Assembly (NCBI GenBank): GCA_016710965.1
Contig: JADJTW010000031.1
Span: 727,887 to 791,886 of the forward strand
Direction of reading: 5' to 3'
Origin: Flavobacteriales bacterium
GTDB lineage: Bacteria; Bacteroidota; Bacteroidia; Flavobacteriales_F; PHOS-HE28
Length of the DNA stretch: 64,000 bases
The translations under genes were made by a program, and so were the position numbers. Below are positions 28,244 to 38,745 of this stretch, piece by piece. The notes under the pieces were generated by a model, which was given only the letters and a program-made list of their open reading frames with translations, was not told the DNA's origin and did not search any database. How positions within the stretch are numbered: the first letter of the stretch is position 1; every line of letters begins with the position of its first letter.

Positions 28244-29455
28244 CTATCGGCCGAGACCATCAGACGTCGAGAACTTAAGGCTGTCCATGATCTGAACAAT
28301 GTCCACTGCTCCATAAGCAGTAAGCTCATTGCGCTTTCTCCAAATGCGCCTATTATGGATATCCATGCCTATGCGCTCGCAAAGGACCATTGCCTGGATA
28401 GCCTCCGCCTGGCTTATCGCATCCAATTCCAGTTCGTTAACGGGCCTATCCGGGGAATTAAAGGTGTATCTCATCCTGAATCGCCGCATATCATCGTACG
28501 AAGCGTCATCGGTCCAAATCCAAACCGCTGCTTGAGCGACCTCGCTGCTCGCGCCAGAGCTTTCCAATCCCGAAACCAGTGACACCAAGATCGGGTCGTT
28601 CACTGAAGAACGCAGCATGAACTCATCGAAGGAAAATGGTGCATCCTTGTACAGTTCCATACAAGCCACGTGAATACCTATCGACGCTGGGGTGGTGTCA
28701 AGGAGAAAGATCGTCCCAGCACGAATGGACAGCATGCGCTGTGTCGTCGGATCCTTTGGCTCCAGGACCAACCCTGCGCTCACCTCGATGGCGAGGGGAA
28801 CCCGCGTCCTGGAACGAACTACGACGGTACCCCGCTCGATGCTCCCAACTTCCACATCGATGGACAATTCTCCTGACCGAAGCAGGTCAAGGATCGGGAT
28901 AGCACCACGCCTCGCGACCGAGCGAGCAATGGAATCCTGCTGGCGAAATCCTGCCGTGTCCGGGTTCCAGAGGAATACGCTCTCGTGGTCCTTCCAAAAG
29001 GCCATACGCCATTCCAGGAACCCCAACGCTCCTTCCGCATCATTCCCTGCATCGAATCGTGCGAACGCGAGGTCGTTCGCTCTTCGAAATGCTTCTGCAG
29101 CTTGCGGTTTAGCATACCAGGTGTTCAAATAGGATATGTATATCGGTTCGTTGTCTTCGCTTACGGCCCTGTTCCATGCTATTCTCTCCTGGGTTCCTGG
29201 TGCTCTCCAATAAGCGAAGCCCCCGGTGGCCCCAACAACAAGTGCGACGAGCAATGTTCTCACTTTGAGATGTCGCTGGGCAAAAGCGGGCTTGGCTAGG
29301 AGCATTGCAGCAACAAACGCCAGTACTCCGAGGATCAGCCCAATTGCATGCGGCACGGCATAGTCTAGCGCACGGCGCGGAGGTGCGTGAATCCAGAACA
29401 ACGCAGCCATGCATAAACAAACAATCGCGACCGCGATGATGAATGCTCTTGTCAT
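28244..29455 (-). CDS. hypothetical membrane-anchored protein (two N-terminal TM helices) in a lower-GC island
   Basis: 403 aa; GC about 54% against about 63% in the flanks; no recognisable domain. Confidence 0.4.
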   Translation of the reverse strand: MTRAFIIAVAIVCLCMAALFWIHAPPRRALDYAVPHAIGLILGVLAFVAAMLLAKPAFAQRHLKVRTLLVALVVGATGGFAYWRAPGTQERIAWNRAVSEDNEPIYISYLNTWYAKPQAAEAFRRANDLAFARFDAGNDAEGALGFLEWRMAFWKDHESVFLWNPDTAGFRQQDSIARSVARRGAIPILDLLRSGELSIDVEVGSIERGTVVVRSRTRVPLAIEVSAGLVLEPKDPTTQRMLSIRAGTIFLLDTTPASIGIHVACMELYKDAPFSFDEFMLRSSVNDPILVSLVSGLESSGASSEVAQAAVWIWTDDASYDDMRRFRMRYTFNSPDRPVNELELDAISQAEAIQAMVLCERIGMDIHNRRIWRKRNELTAYGAVDIVQIMDSLKFSTSDGLGR

Positions 29456-29594
29456 CGGTTATACCGGCTCTCGTGGATGAACGAAAGTATGCAGTACCTA
29501 CGCTCCGCGTGGGCAGGCAGGGACTTGACGGAGTCCCTGAATCGCTTCTGGATCAAAGCGTAATAAGTGAAAACTCCGCCGCTACCTTGGCCGA

Positions 29595-31358
29595 ATGCGG
29601 CGTAGTCGTTCGTTGATCACGGTTTGGTCCCTGTGTGCGCTGCTCTTCTTCCTGCGCACCACCCAGACCGCCAAGTACGCGCTCACTTGGGACGTCTTCG
29701 GTTACTACCTCTACCTGCCGGCCACCTTCATTCACGATGATCCCAGTCTAAAGGATCACGCGTGGCTGGACGAGGTGATGACCACGTATGATCCATCGAG
29801 CACGCTGTACCAGCTCGTGGATGGCACGAATGGTTCGCGTGTGATCAAGTACAGTTCGGGCATGGCGGTGGCCTACGCGCCGTGGTTCTTCATCGCGCAT
29901 GCCCTCGCGAAGCCTTTGGGCTATGAAGCGGATGGCTTCTCCCCGCCCTACCAATACGCCGTCACCTACGGCATGCTGCTGTGGGTTTTGCTCGGACTCT
30001 TCCTCTTCCGCAGCGCACTGCTGCATTTCTTCAGCGATGGATGGACGGCCGTCCTTCTCGTGCTCATCGTGCTCGGCACCAACTACCTGCCTCTGGCCGC
30101 GCTCGATGGCACATTGCTCACCCACCCGTTCCTCTTCACGCTCTATGCAGGTATGTTGCTCGCCACGATCCGTTGGCACGAAAGACCGGACTGGAAGAGC
30201 GCGCTGGCGATCGGCGCATGCGCTGGTTGGATCACGCTCGTGCGGCCGAGCGAAGGCGTGTGCGTGTTGATACCCTTGCTTTGGATGGGGCCCGAGGGCG
30301 TCAAAGCCAAATGGTGCCAAGTCCTCGCGCAATGGAAGCATGTGCTGGCCATGGTCATGGCGTTCATCGTGCTTGCCTCACCGCAACTGCTCTATTGGAA
30401 GACCGTCACCGGCCAGTGGTTGTTCTACTCCTATATCAACCCCGGCGAGGGCTTCGATTTCGCTTCGCCACACATCAGCGACTATCTCTTCAGTTTCCGC
30501 AAGGGCTGGTTCGTGTACACACCTCTTGTGCTTTTGATGGTCTTTGGCATGGCTACGCTGTGGCGGAATGCGCGACACCTGTTCTGGCCGATCGCGATCT
30601 TCCTCGTCGTCGATCTCTACGTCGTTGCAAGCTGGACTAACTGGTGGTATGCTGGTGGAAGTTTCAGCGCACGCAGCATGGTGCCCGCACTCGTATTGCT
30701 TGCGCTACCGCTCGGATATGTCTTGAGAGGTGATTGGAGGAAAGTGCTCCTTCCGGTCGCGTTCCCATTGATGGTGCTCAACCTCTTCCAAACCTGGCAA
30801 TGGAACCATGGCATCATCAGCAAGGAGCGAATGACGCTGGCTTACTATGCGGCGGTCTTCGGTCGTACCAGCGTGCCAGTCGGTGCGCGGCAATTGCTCT
30901 TGGTGGAGCGGTCCTTCAACGGGGATGACAGACTGAGCGATACGAGCGGCTACGCGGCCCATACCCTTTACGAGAATGCCTTCAACGACCAACCGGATAG
31001 CGTGTACACCTTGACAGCGGAGGATCCGTTCACCCCCGGACCTGACGTGCGGTTCGCGGACCTCACATCGAAAGACCATGCGTGGTTGCGGATCAGTGCC
31101 CGCTGGCGCGTGAAGGATGCCGTGGGCGATCCACCGGTGATCGTCGCCACCTTCCATCACAAGGGCGAAGCGTACAAGTACTTCACGCGCAGTTGGGAAC
31201 GAGAGGATGAGAACGAGGAGTGGAGCTCGATCTCCTTCGATTACATCACCCCGGAAGTGCGTTCACCAGAGGACAACCTGAAAGTGTACATCTGGAACCA
31301 GCACGGCGGCACGCATCGCGTGGATGACCTGCGGGTGGAGGTCTTCGAGCCGAAGTAG
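29595..31358 (+). CDS. polytopic membrane protein, GT-C-like (putative glycosyltransferase) with a C-terminal soluble domain
   Basis: 587 aa with about 11 TM helices followed by a roughly 170-aa hydrophilic C-terminal domain; family not identified. Confidence 0.4.
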   Translation: MRRSRSLITVWSLCALLFFLRTTQTAKYALTWDVFGYYLYLPATFIHDDPSLKDHAWLDEVMTTYDPSSTLYQLVDGTNGSRVIKYSSGMAVAYAPWFFIAHALAKPLGYEADGFSPPYQYAVTYGMLLWVLLGLFLFRSALLHFFSDGWTAVLLVLIVLGTNYLPLAALDGTLLTHPFLFTLYAGMLLATIRWHERPDWKSALAIGACAGWITLVRPSEGVCVLIPLLWMGPEGVKAKWCQVLAQWKHVLAMVMAFIVLASPQLLYWKTVTGQWLFYSYINPGEGFDFASPHISDYLFSFRKGWFVYTPLVLLMVFGMATLWRNARHLFWPIAIFLVVDLYVVASWTNWWYAGGSFSARSMVPALVLLALPLGYVLRGDWRKVLLPVAFPLMVLNLFQTWQWNHGIISKERMTLAYYAAVFGRTSVPVGARQLLLVERSFNGDDRLSDTSGYAAHTLYENAFNDQPDSVYTLTAEDPFTPGPDVRFADLTSKDHAWLRISARWRVKDAVGDPPVIVATFHHKGEAYKYFTRSWEREDENEEWSSISFDYITPEVRSPEDNLKVYIWNQHGGTHRVDDLRVEVFEPK

Positions 31359-32828
31359 TTACTCCGCAGTGATCCGTTCCATGGTTTGCAAACCACTATG
31401 GTCCGTTACCACAAGGCCTCGTTCGATCCCTTGTGCGCGCAGCAGGTCCTTCGCTTGCGGAACGCCATCCACGCGAAAGAGCGTTCGTTCAGCGTACCAC
31501 TGCACCTGCGGCTCAGGGGTGAAACCGATGGTGAAGACCATTTCGTCGGACTTCGCAGCCCGCCCTATTCCCAACCCCTGCTCCTGTTGCGTCGTGAAGC
31601 GCTCATCATCGCGTGAACCGATCGGATTCGTCCGGTAGAAATAGAGCATCCCGGCTATGCAAGTGGCAATGAGACCGCCCACCGCCCACCTTGCCCGAAG
31701 TACCGATAAGCCAATAGCCGCCAGCGCACACAGCAGTATCCCGCCCTTCAGCGCGGCGAAATCATGCCCGGCGTATTGAAGGAGCAGCATGTGATCGAGC
31801 AGCACCGGTCCTGCGGCCAATAACAGGAAGAGCCACCAATGCGCGGATGCAGCCTTCACGCTTCGCCAACGGAAAAGAGCAAGACCAAGCGCGACAAGGA
31901 TCACCGGCAGGTAGCCAGTACGGTAGTTGGCGAGCACCTCCACCAACCGCGACCAGAGGCCACTACCCACAGCTGTTCCCCGATCGGCATATCGGCCCGT
32001 GAAGTAGGCGATGAGCGCATCAGCGTCCACCACCTGCAACCAGCGCCACGCTGTGTAGCCCAGCGCTAGCCCAACACCGAGAACAGCCATGAGCATGACG
32101 CGCAATTCCTGTCCATCGCGCGAACGCCACCAGCGGAGGAACGCGATGAAGAAAAGCATGACGCCAGCCCACACGCCCGGCCAGCTGATGCATGTGGTGA
32201 TGAAGAGGGTGAGACCGGCAAGCAAAGGCCACTTCCATCCGGTCGCGTTCGACCTATACATGCGCAGGACGACCAGGATGTGCCACACCCAGCCGTTCTG
32301 CACGAACATGTCGCTCATGTACACGTTGCTGTGGAACCAGAGCGACGCCGGCATGAAGAGGTAGAGCACGGCAGCGAAGAGCGGTGCCTCGACTCCGCTC
32401 GGCACAAGCGAACCAACCGTGAGAAGCTCGCGGACGATCAGGTACAGTGCAATGGCCGTGAGCAAGTGGAAGAGCAGGTTGAAGAGCTGTAGGCCGAGCG
32501 CATTCGGTGCTGAGCCGGTCAACGTGAAGAGCATGTGCGGGAGGTCGTAGGCCAGCGGCGGATGCGAGAGGTAATAGAGCACACCGTCGCGCAACCCAGG
32601 CGCATCGGTGTAGCCGGGCGGGATCAGGTCGGCCGGGCCACTGAAGGTGATCGCCGGTGCGCCGTGATGATGCATGAACCCATCGACCTGCCAGTTATGC
32701 AGGATGATGAGCACCAGGGCCGTGCAGTACTCATGATGCGCGCTGAGCGGCCGGTCGATCAACGGTGAGCGCACGCCCACGCTCACCGCGAAGGCGAGCA
32801 GGATCCAGAGCAGGTGTCGGCGCGGCAT
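31359..32828 (-). CDS. ArnT/PMT-like (GT39/GT83-type) GT-C glycosyltransferase membrane protein
   Basis: 489 aa polytopic; an early loop DRPL...SHPPLAYDL resembles the PMT/ArnT-family periplasmic loop. Confidence 0.45.
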   Translation of the reverse strand: MPRRHLLWILLAFAVSVGVRSPLIDRPLSAHHEYCTALVLIILHNWQVDGFMHHHGAPAITFSGPADLIPPGYTDAPGLRDGVLYYLSHPPLAYDLPHMLFTLTGSAPNALGLQLFNLLFHLLTAIALYLIVRELLTVGSLVPSGVEAPLFAAVLYLFMPASLWFHSNVYMSDMFVQNGWVWHILVVLRMYRSNATGWKWPLLAGLTLFITTCISWPGVWAGVMLFFIAFLRWWRSRDGQELRVMLMAVLGVGLALGYTAWRWLQVVDADALIAYFTGRYADRGTAVGSGLWSRLVEVLANYRTGYLPVILVALGLALFRWRSVKAASAHWWLFLLLAAGPVLLDHMLLLQYAGHDFAALKGGILLCALAAIGLSVLRARWAVGGLIATCIAGMLYFYRTNPIGSRDDERFTTQQEQGLGIGRAAKSDEMVFTIGFTPEPQVQWYAERTLFRVDGVPQAKDLLRAQGIERGLVVTDHSGLQTMERITAE

Positions 32829-32864
32829 CGCACGAACATAGTCCGTCTAGCTTTGGCCGAAGCG

Positions 32865-34265
32865 ATGACTGCCAAGCCCTTCCCTTCCGGAGCCGTGCTC
32901 CTTGCGCTCATCGCGTTCGCATTGCTGTTCCACGCCCCGGTGCTGGGGCTCTCCTTCTTCTCCGACGACTTCTCGGTGATCCATCGCATCGGCGTGCAGC
33001 GCGACCTCGGCACCGGCTCCTTCTTCCGCCCGCTGCCCGACTGGACGCTCTATCTCAACTACCTCATGGCCGGACCAACACCGTGGGCTTTCCGCATCGT
33101 GAACGTGGCCTTGCTGGGCATCAACGGATGGCTCGTTTACCTGCTGGGCCGCCATCTGCTTCCTGTCGGGAACGACGTTCGCTGGTCGACCGGGCTGGTA
33201 GCAGGGGTGCTCTTCGTGTGCTATCCCTTCCACAACGAGCCGCAACTGTGGATCATCGGTCGCAGCACCGCCATGGCGACCCTGTTCACGCTCATGGCGC
33301 TCGTGGTTGCGACTAGTCGTGCGAGCAGGGTCAACAAGTGCATCCTGGTCGGGTTGTGCGGTGCGCTCGGGGCGATGTGCTATGAACTGGCGTTACTGCT
33401 GCCGCTCCTGCTGGCCCTACTCGCCATCAGCACCCCGACGCAAGACCGCAGGACGTGGTGGGCCATGGTGCTCATCACATCAGCCGTGGCGGGTTCCAAC
33501 TTGTTCTTGCGCTCGCTCCTCACAGGGCATGTGGCGAACGAGTACGGCGCATCCTTCTTCTCGCGCGGCATCGTTTCCTACTTCGGCATGGCCGCCAAGG
33601 TGCTAGGAAGGCTCTTCCTGCCGCCGAACCCGATCACGCATCTTCAAGCAGTGTTGCTTGCTGCGCTTGCCCTTGCGCTGGCGGTGATCGCCCACCTCCT
33701 CGTGCGGTGTACGAAGAACGAACCAGCGAACCGCAACCTGCTCTTCACACTGGCGCTGATGGTCGCTGTTGCCTGTGCCATCGGCATCATCGGCGGCGTG
33801 AGCACCCGCACCTGCGAGAGCGATCGCTTCCTCTACCTGCCTTCGGCCTTCCTGTGCCTGCTCTTGTCGTTCGCGATCAGCACGCTCGTGAAAGGGAAGG
33901 CGCGCATCGCGGTGGTGGGAGTCCTCTTGATCTTCTCCCTCGTCGCCATGCGCAGCAACCACCTCCATTGGATCGAAGCCTCGCGCGTGATCGAACGCAT
34001 CATTGAAGCGACACCCGAGCCCCCGGCGGACGCGAGGCTGCTCGTCCACGGTTTGCCAGGCGATGAAAAGGGCGCCTTCATCTTCCGACACGGCTATCGC
34101 GAAGCACTGGAATTCGCGGGGCGCGATGCTTCACGCATACGGATCGTTCCCGAAGGGCCGAATTCCATCTGGGAGTTCCTGCGCATGGAAACGGGCGATA
34201 CGCTGCACCGGAATGACAAGGATCGGTGGTTCGATGCGGGCGGTGTACTTCAGCAGCCGCATTGA
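32865..34265 (+). CDS. TMTC-like (DUF1736) polytopic membrane protein without TPR repeats
   Basis: FFSDDFSVIHRIG...NYLMAGPTPWAFRIVNVALLGINGWLVYLLG resembles the N-terminal membrane domain of ORF 2047-3684. Confidence 0.45.
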   Translation: MTAKPFPSGAVLLALIAFALLFHAPVLGLSFFSDDFSVIHRIGVQRDLGTGSFFRPLPDWTLYLNYLMAGPTPWAFRIVNVALLGINGWLVYLLGRHLLPVGNDVRWSTGLVAGVLFVCYPFHNEPQLWIIGRSTAMATLFTLMALVVATSRASRVNKCILVGLCGALGAMCYELALLLPLLLALLAISTPTQDRRTWWAMVLITSAVAGSNLFLRSLLTGHVANEYGASFFSRGIVSYFGMAAKVLGRLFLPPNPITHLQAVLLAALALALAVIAHLLVRCTKNEPANRNLLFTLALMVAVACAIGIIGGVSTRTCESDRFLYLPSAFLCLLLSFAISTLVKGKARIAVVGVLLIFSLVAMRSNHLHWIEASRVIERIIEATPEPPADARLLVHGLPGDEKGAFIFRHGYREALEFAGRDASRIRIVPEGPNSIWEFLRMETGDTLHRNDKDRWFDAGGVLQQPH

Positions 34266-34309
34266 ACATGACGATAGCAGCCAAGGGAAGACTGCGTTAG
34301 CTTGGTACC

Positions 34310-35299
34310 ATGCTCCGCTACTCAAGCCTTTGGATGGCGCTCGTCGCCCTGAGCACTACCGCCCAACCCACGTTGGATCAGCATGTATTCCCCACCGCAG
34401 GCACGGTTTACGGCTACCATGATGTCGCGTACCGCGCAGCAAGCAAGCCGGGCATCGCGCAGAAGTGGGACTACAGCACCCTACCCACCGGCACCATCGT
34501 ACCCTATCAATGGACCACCACGAGCATTGCCCCTGGGGCAGGCGCTTTCCCCGACAACGCACTGGTGCAGCAAGTGCCGGGCGAGCCGACCGCCTACTAC
34601 CTGCAAGGTGATACCGCTCTCCTCTGGCTGGGCACCTACACCGATAGTGCGCTCGTGCGCTTCGATCCTCCGATCGCCGTGCTCGACCTGCCGTGCGGCA
34701 TGAACACGCACTGGACGGATACAGGATTGGCGGCCGTTACCGGATCGGGGCGTATCGACATACGCCTGACCACCCTGCATGCACAGGCCGATGCGTGGGG
34801 CACCCTGGTGATGCCCTACGGCACCGTGGAGAACGTGCTGCGCGTGCGCTACGAGCTCTCTGTCACCTCGCGCAAGGATCCACGGGTAGTGCATATGCGC
34901 GAAGTGCGCCATGCCTGGTACTGCGATCGAACGCCCATGCCCCTCCTCGTCGTGGTGGAGCGTTCCGGCTGGCCGCCACCTGAACGCTTCATGCGCTGGC
35001 TCGATGGCTCATGGCAGGATGATCCCGGCAGCCTCTTCCGTCCCATCGTACTGCGCGCATTTCCCGATCCCTGCGTGGACATTGCATACGTGGACCTGCC
35101 TGCCGCCCGGGCTGATCGCACCTTGTTGCAGCTCATCGATGGCAACGGACAAGTGCAGAAACAATGGCTCGCAGAATTCACCGGGCCCCAAACCAGGCGG
35201 ATGACGCTGCCCATGAACGATGTGCCGGTGGGGCACTACACGCTTACGTGGACCGGAACAAGCGGGACCCTCGGCAACGCGCGATTGGAGAAACAGTAA
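34310..35299 (+). CDS. secreted protein with T9SS C-terminal sorting domain
   Basis: Signal peptide MLRYSSLWMALVALSTTAQ; C-terminus ...GHYTLTWTGTSGTLGNARLEKQ is a type-A CTD. Confidence 0.5.
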   Translation: MLRYSSLWMALVALSTTAQPTLDQHVFPTAGTVYGYHDVAYRAASKPGIAQKWDYSTLPTGTIVPYQWTTTSIAPGAGAFPDNALVQQVPGEPTAYYLQGDTALLWLGTYTDSALVRFDPPIAVLDLPCGMNTHWTDTGLAAVTGSGRIDIRLTTLHAQADAWGTLVMPYGTVENVLRVRYELSVTSRKDPRVVHMREVRHAWYCDRTPMPLLVVVERSGWPPPERFMRWLDGSWQDDPGSLFRPIVLRAFPDPCVDIAYVDLPAARADRTLLQLIDGNGQVQKQWLAEFTGPQTRRMTLPMNDVPVGHYTLTWTGTSGTLGNARLEKQ

Positions 35300-35301
35300 A
35301 C

Positions 35302-37245
35302 CTAGGCCGATGCAGTAATCCGCTTGGCCCCCTTCGCAGGCAGCATCTCCTTCACCGCCGCCATCAGCGCCACATCATCGAAGTGGCACTCGGCATACAG
35401 CTCCTTCTGCGAGCCGTGCTCGATCCAGCGATCAGGGATGCCGAGGCGTTTCACTTGGGCGTGGTAGCCGTGATCGGCCATGAACTCCAGCACCGCGCTG
35501 CCCATGCCGCCCATGATGCAACCGTCCTCGATCGTCACCACATGTTTGAAAGCGCCGAAGACCTCGTGCAGGAGCATCTCGTCGATCGGCTTGGCGAAGC
35601 GCATGTCGTAATGTGCCACGGAATAGCCTTCTTTCTCCAAGGCCTCGATACCCTTCGCTGCGATGTTCCCGATGTGGCCAATGCTGAGCACCGCGATATC
35701 CCGACCTGAGCGCAGCTTGCGCCCAGTGCCCACTTTGATCTCCTTGAAGGGCGTCTTCCATTCCGTCATTACACCTTCGCCGCGCGGATAGCGGATGCTG
35801 AAGCGGCCTTGGTCGGGTAGCTGAGCCGTGTACATCAGGTCGCGCAGTTCCTCCTCGTTCATCGGCGCGCTCACCACCATGTTGGGGATGCAGCGGAAGT
35901 AGGCGATGTCGAACGCACCATGGTGCGTGGGGCCATCGGCACCGGCAAGGCCACCGCGGTCCAGGCAGAAGACCACGTTCAGCTTTTGCAACGCCACATC
36001 ATGCACCACCTGATCGTAGGCGCGCTGCATGAAGGAGCTGTAGATGTTGCAGAACGGGACCATGCCCTGCGTGGCCATGCCTGCGCTGAAGGTGACGGCG
36101 TGCTGTTCGGCGATGCCCACATCGAAGGCTCGGTCGGGCATGGCCTTCATCATGATGTTGAGCGATGAGCCCGACGGCATGGCGGGCGTGACGCCCACGA
36201 TGCGCGGGTTCTTCTCCGCCAGTTCCACGATGCTGTGCCCGAACACATCCTGGTACTTCGGCGGCTGCGGGCTCTTGGGCACCACCTTGATGATCTCACC
36301 CGTGTCTTTGTTGAAGAGGCCCGGAGCATGCCACACCGTGGCGTTGCCTGCTTCGGCAGGAGCATAACCCTTGCCTTTCACCGTGATGGTGTGCAGGATC
36401 TTCGGACCGGGGATATCGCGCAGGTCGCGCAGCACTTTCACCAAGTGGTCCACATCGTGGCCATCCACCGGGCCGAAGTAGCGGAACTTGAGGCTCTCGA
36501 ACAGGTTGCTCTGTTTCAGCAATGCGCTCTTCACCGCGTTCTCCACCTTCTGCGCGATGTGCTGGGCATTCGGGCCGAACTTGCTGATCTTGCCCAAGAG
36601 CTTCCACACGTCATCCTTCACCTTGTTGTAGGTGTGGCTGGTGGTGATGTCGGTCAGGTATTCCTTCAGCGCACCAACGTTCGGGTCGATGCTCATGCAG
36701 TTGTCGTTCAGCACCACCAGGAAGTCGGTGTTCGCCGTGCCTCCGTGGTTGAGGGCCTCGAAGGCCATGCCCGCGGTCATGGCGCCATCGCCGATCACGG
36801 CCACGCAATGCCGGTCCTTTTCCCCCTTCAGTTTGCTGCCCATGGCCATGCCCAAGGCGGCACCGATGGATGTGGAGCTATGCCCCACGCCGAACGTGTC
36901 GTACTCGCTCTCGCTCCTCTTGGGAAAACCGCTAAGGCCCTTGTGGATCCGGTTGGTGTGGAAGACCTCCCGGCGGCCGGTGAGGATCTTGTGCCCGTAA
37001 GCTTGGTGTCCCACATCCCATACCAGCTGGTCGTAGGGGGTGTTGAAGACATAGTGCAGCGCCACCGTAAGCTCCACCACGCCCAGGCTGGCGCCGAAGT
37101 GCCCGCCCTTCACGCTCACCACATCGATGATGAAATCGCGCAGCTCCTTGCATACCTGTTGGAGCTGGTCCTCGCTCATGCCACGCAGGTCCCGCGGAAG
37201 GACGATGCGGTCGAGCAAGGGATAGGCTAGGTGCGGTTCGGGCAT
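35302..37245 (-). CDS. dxs: 1-deoxy-D-xylulose-5-phosphate synthase
   Basis: [18 protein letters not shown]...[15 protein letters not shown], covering the TPP and transketolase-like domains. Confidence 0.95.
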   Translation of the reverse strand: MPEPHLAYPLLDRIVLPRDLRGMSEDQLQQVCKELRDFIIDVVSVKGGHFGASLGVVELTVALHYVFNTPYDQLVWDVGHQAYGHKILTGRREVFHTNRIHKGLSGFPKRSESEYDTFGVGHSSTSIGAALGMAMGSKLKGEKDRHCVAVIGDGAMTAGMAFEALNHGGTANTDFLVVLNDNCMSIDPNVGALKEYLTDITTSHTYNKVKDDVWKLLGKISKFGPNAQHIAQKVENAVKSALLKQSNLFESLKFRYFGPVDGHDVDHLVKVLRDLRDIPGPKILHTITVKGKGYAPAEAGNATVWHAPGLFNKDTGEIIKVVPKSPQPPKYQDVFGHSIVELAEKNPRIVGVTPAMPSGSSLNIMMKAMPDRAFDVGIAEQHAVTFSAGMATQGMVPFCNIYSSFMQRAYDQVVHDVALQKLNVVFCLDRGGLAGADGPTHHGAFDIAYFRCIPNMVVSAPMNEEELRDLMYTAQLPDQGRFSIRYPRGEGVMTEWKTPFKEIKVGTGRKLRSGRDIAVLSIGHIGNIAAKGIEALEKEGYSVAHYDMRFAKPIDEMLLHEVFGAFKHVVTIEDGCIMGGMGSAVLEFMADHGYHAQVKRLGIPDRWIEHGSQKELYAECHFDDVALMAAVKEMLPAKGAKRITASA

Positions 37246-37389
37246 CTACTTACGGTTGAACAAATGTAGGGGGCCAAAGGTTCGTGGACGGCTGGCTTGC
37301 GGGCACCTAAACGCGTTCGCTCGCTCCGCGGTATCTCCATTCACGATTCTTTGGAAAACGCCAGCCGGTTGCCTAGGTTCGGTCTCACT

Positions 37390-38205
37390 ATGGCATACCA
37401 ACGAACCGGTTCTTGCCCTCCGCCCCTCAACCGCCTGCTGCTGCTTGGAGTGGCTCTGTTGGCTGGCCTAAGTACGAAGGCCCAACCTACGTGGCGCTTT
37501 CATCTGGCCTTTGAGGATGGCAGTGGGGCGCGGGATACGGTTTGGTTCGTCTTCGACACCTCAGCCACTGATGAAGGAGTTGATTTCGGCTTGGGTGAAG
37601 GTCCTGTGACTATGGACTTGGACGCCTTCAACGTCTGGATGCCGAACTGGGATGGCGACTCTACAAAGACGTTCGCATTGCCTTACTCACCCTACTTCCC
37701 AGCGCACGGCGCTTATGTCGAGGCCTTCAATTGCGTTTTTCCTGTGACATTGCGTTGGGACACGGCCTTGTTCCACGCCAGCACCTTACCCAACCCTGCG
37801 GCAATCCAAATCGCCAAGATGGACTGCGGTCATTTCTTCCTGTACAACAATGACCCTGGACTACAAGCCTATAATATGCTACTTGACGATTCCGTAACCG
37901 TGGCGCTGTTGTTCCCGAACGACTTTCTCTTTCCCCTTTCGGTTTACATCGATGGTGATGCTCATGCCAGCGCGACCAACTACACTCGATCAATCTCGAA
38001 CGAACTTGTCGTTTGGCCAAACCCGACCAATGGTCGCACAGAATGGGTGTGCAAAGAACCGCTGTGCGAAACGTTAATATTGGATGCAAGCTGCCGGGTC
38101 GTTTGTGCCTTCTTAGACCAACAAGAGGTTGATCTTTCCATGCTCGCGCCTGGTGCCTATATGATGAAGGCTATTGGCCAATCAAAACAGTACTCCATGC
38201 AATAG
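37390..38205 (+). CDS. T9SS-secreted paralogue A (QPTWRFHLAFEDGSGARDT family)
   Basis: Signal peptide, and a C-terminus VVWPNPTNG...LSMLAPGAYMMKA that is CTD-like; two more paralogues follow. Confidence 0.5.
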   Translation: MAYQRTGSCPPPLNRLLLLGVALLAGLSTKAQPTWRFHLAFEDGSGARDTVWFVFDTSATDEGVDFGLGEGPVTMDLDAFNVWMPNWDGDSTKTFALPYSPYFPAHGAYVEAFNCVFPVTLRWDTALFHASTLPNPAAIQIAKMDCGHFFLYNNDPGLQAYNMLLDDSVTVALLFPNDFLFPLSVYIDGDAHASATNYTRSISNELVVWPNPTNGRTEWVCKEPLCETLILDASCRVVCAFLDQQEVDLSMLAPGAYMMKAIGQSKQYSMQ

Positions 38206-38229
38206 TCATTCGTCAATAGCTGTCTTGCA

Positions 38230-38655
38230 TTGCTCGTTTGTGTCTTCGCTCCGGAGGCGTATGCACAGTGTCATCTTGAGGAACCACCTGCCGAACCAGA
38301 AGGATTGGGGACACTTTACGAAAGTCGTAACGGGTGGTATGCACCCGCATCTGGGGTTGTTCGAATCTTAGTCGTATTGGTGGAAGTGGACTATTTAGTC
38401 CCTGGCGTTGATCCGACCCCTGTGGAAGGCTACCCAATTTGGCCTGCACATCAACGACCTACCTGGGTAAACAACCCAGATCCGAACCAGAATTTGTTCG
38501 ATTGGCAGGTGCCAACCGGAAGCCCCGGAGGCTTGTTTACCCGCTATTTCCAGGATGCCTCCTCGGGGCATTTCAACGTGATCGCGGATTACCTCTAGGC
38601 CCCGGACAATGGTGGGGTCTTACACGCCAGCGGAGCGAGCATCTCACGCGCTTGA
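38230..38655 (+). pseudogene. degraded N-terminal fragment of an HExxH-protease paralogue (copy of 40472 onward)
   Basis: CHLEEPP...WYAPASGVVRILVVLVE...LFDWQVPTGSPGGLFTRYFQDASSGHFNVIADYL* closely parallels residues 25-150 of ORF 40472. It has a TTG start, an in-frame TAG at 38596 and a TGA at 38653. Confidence 0.45.
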
Positions 38656-38745
38656 AGAAGCACGATGCCAGTATAGCCATTGATTTCACGGCAAACCCGT
38701 ATAGCTTCAACCCGCCGGAGTCTGGCTCACTTCAAACTACCAGCC

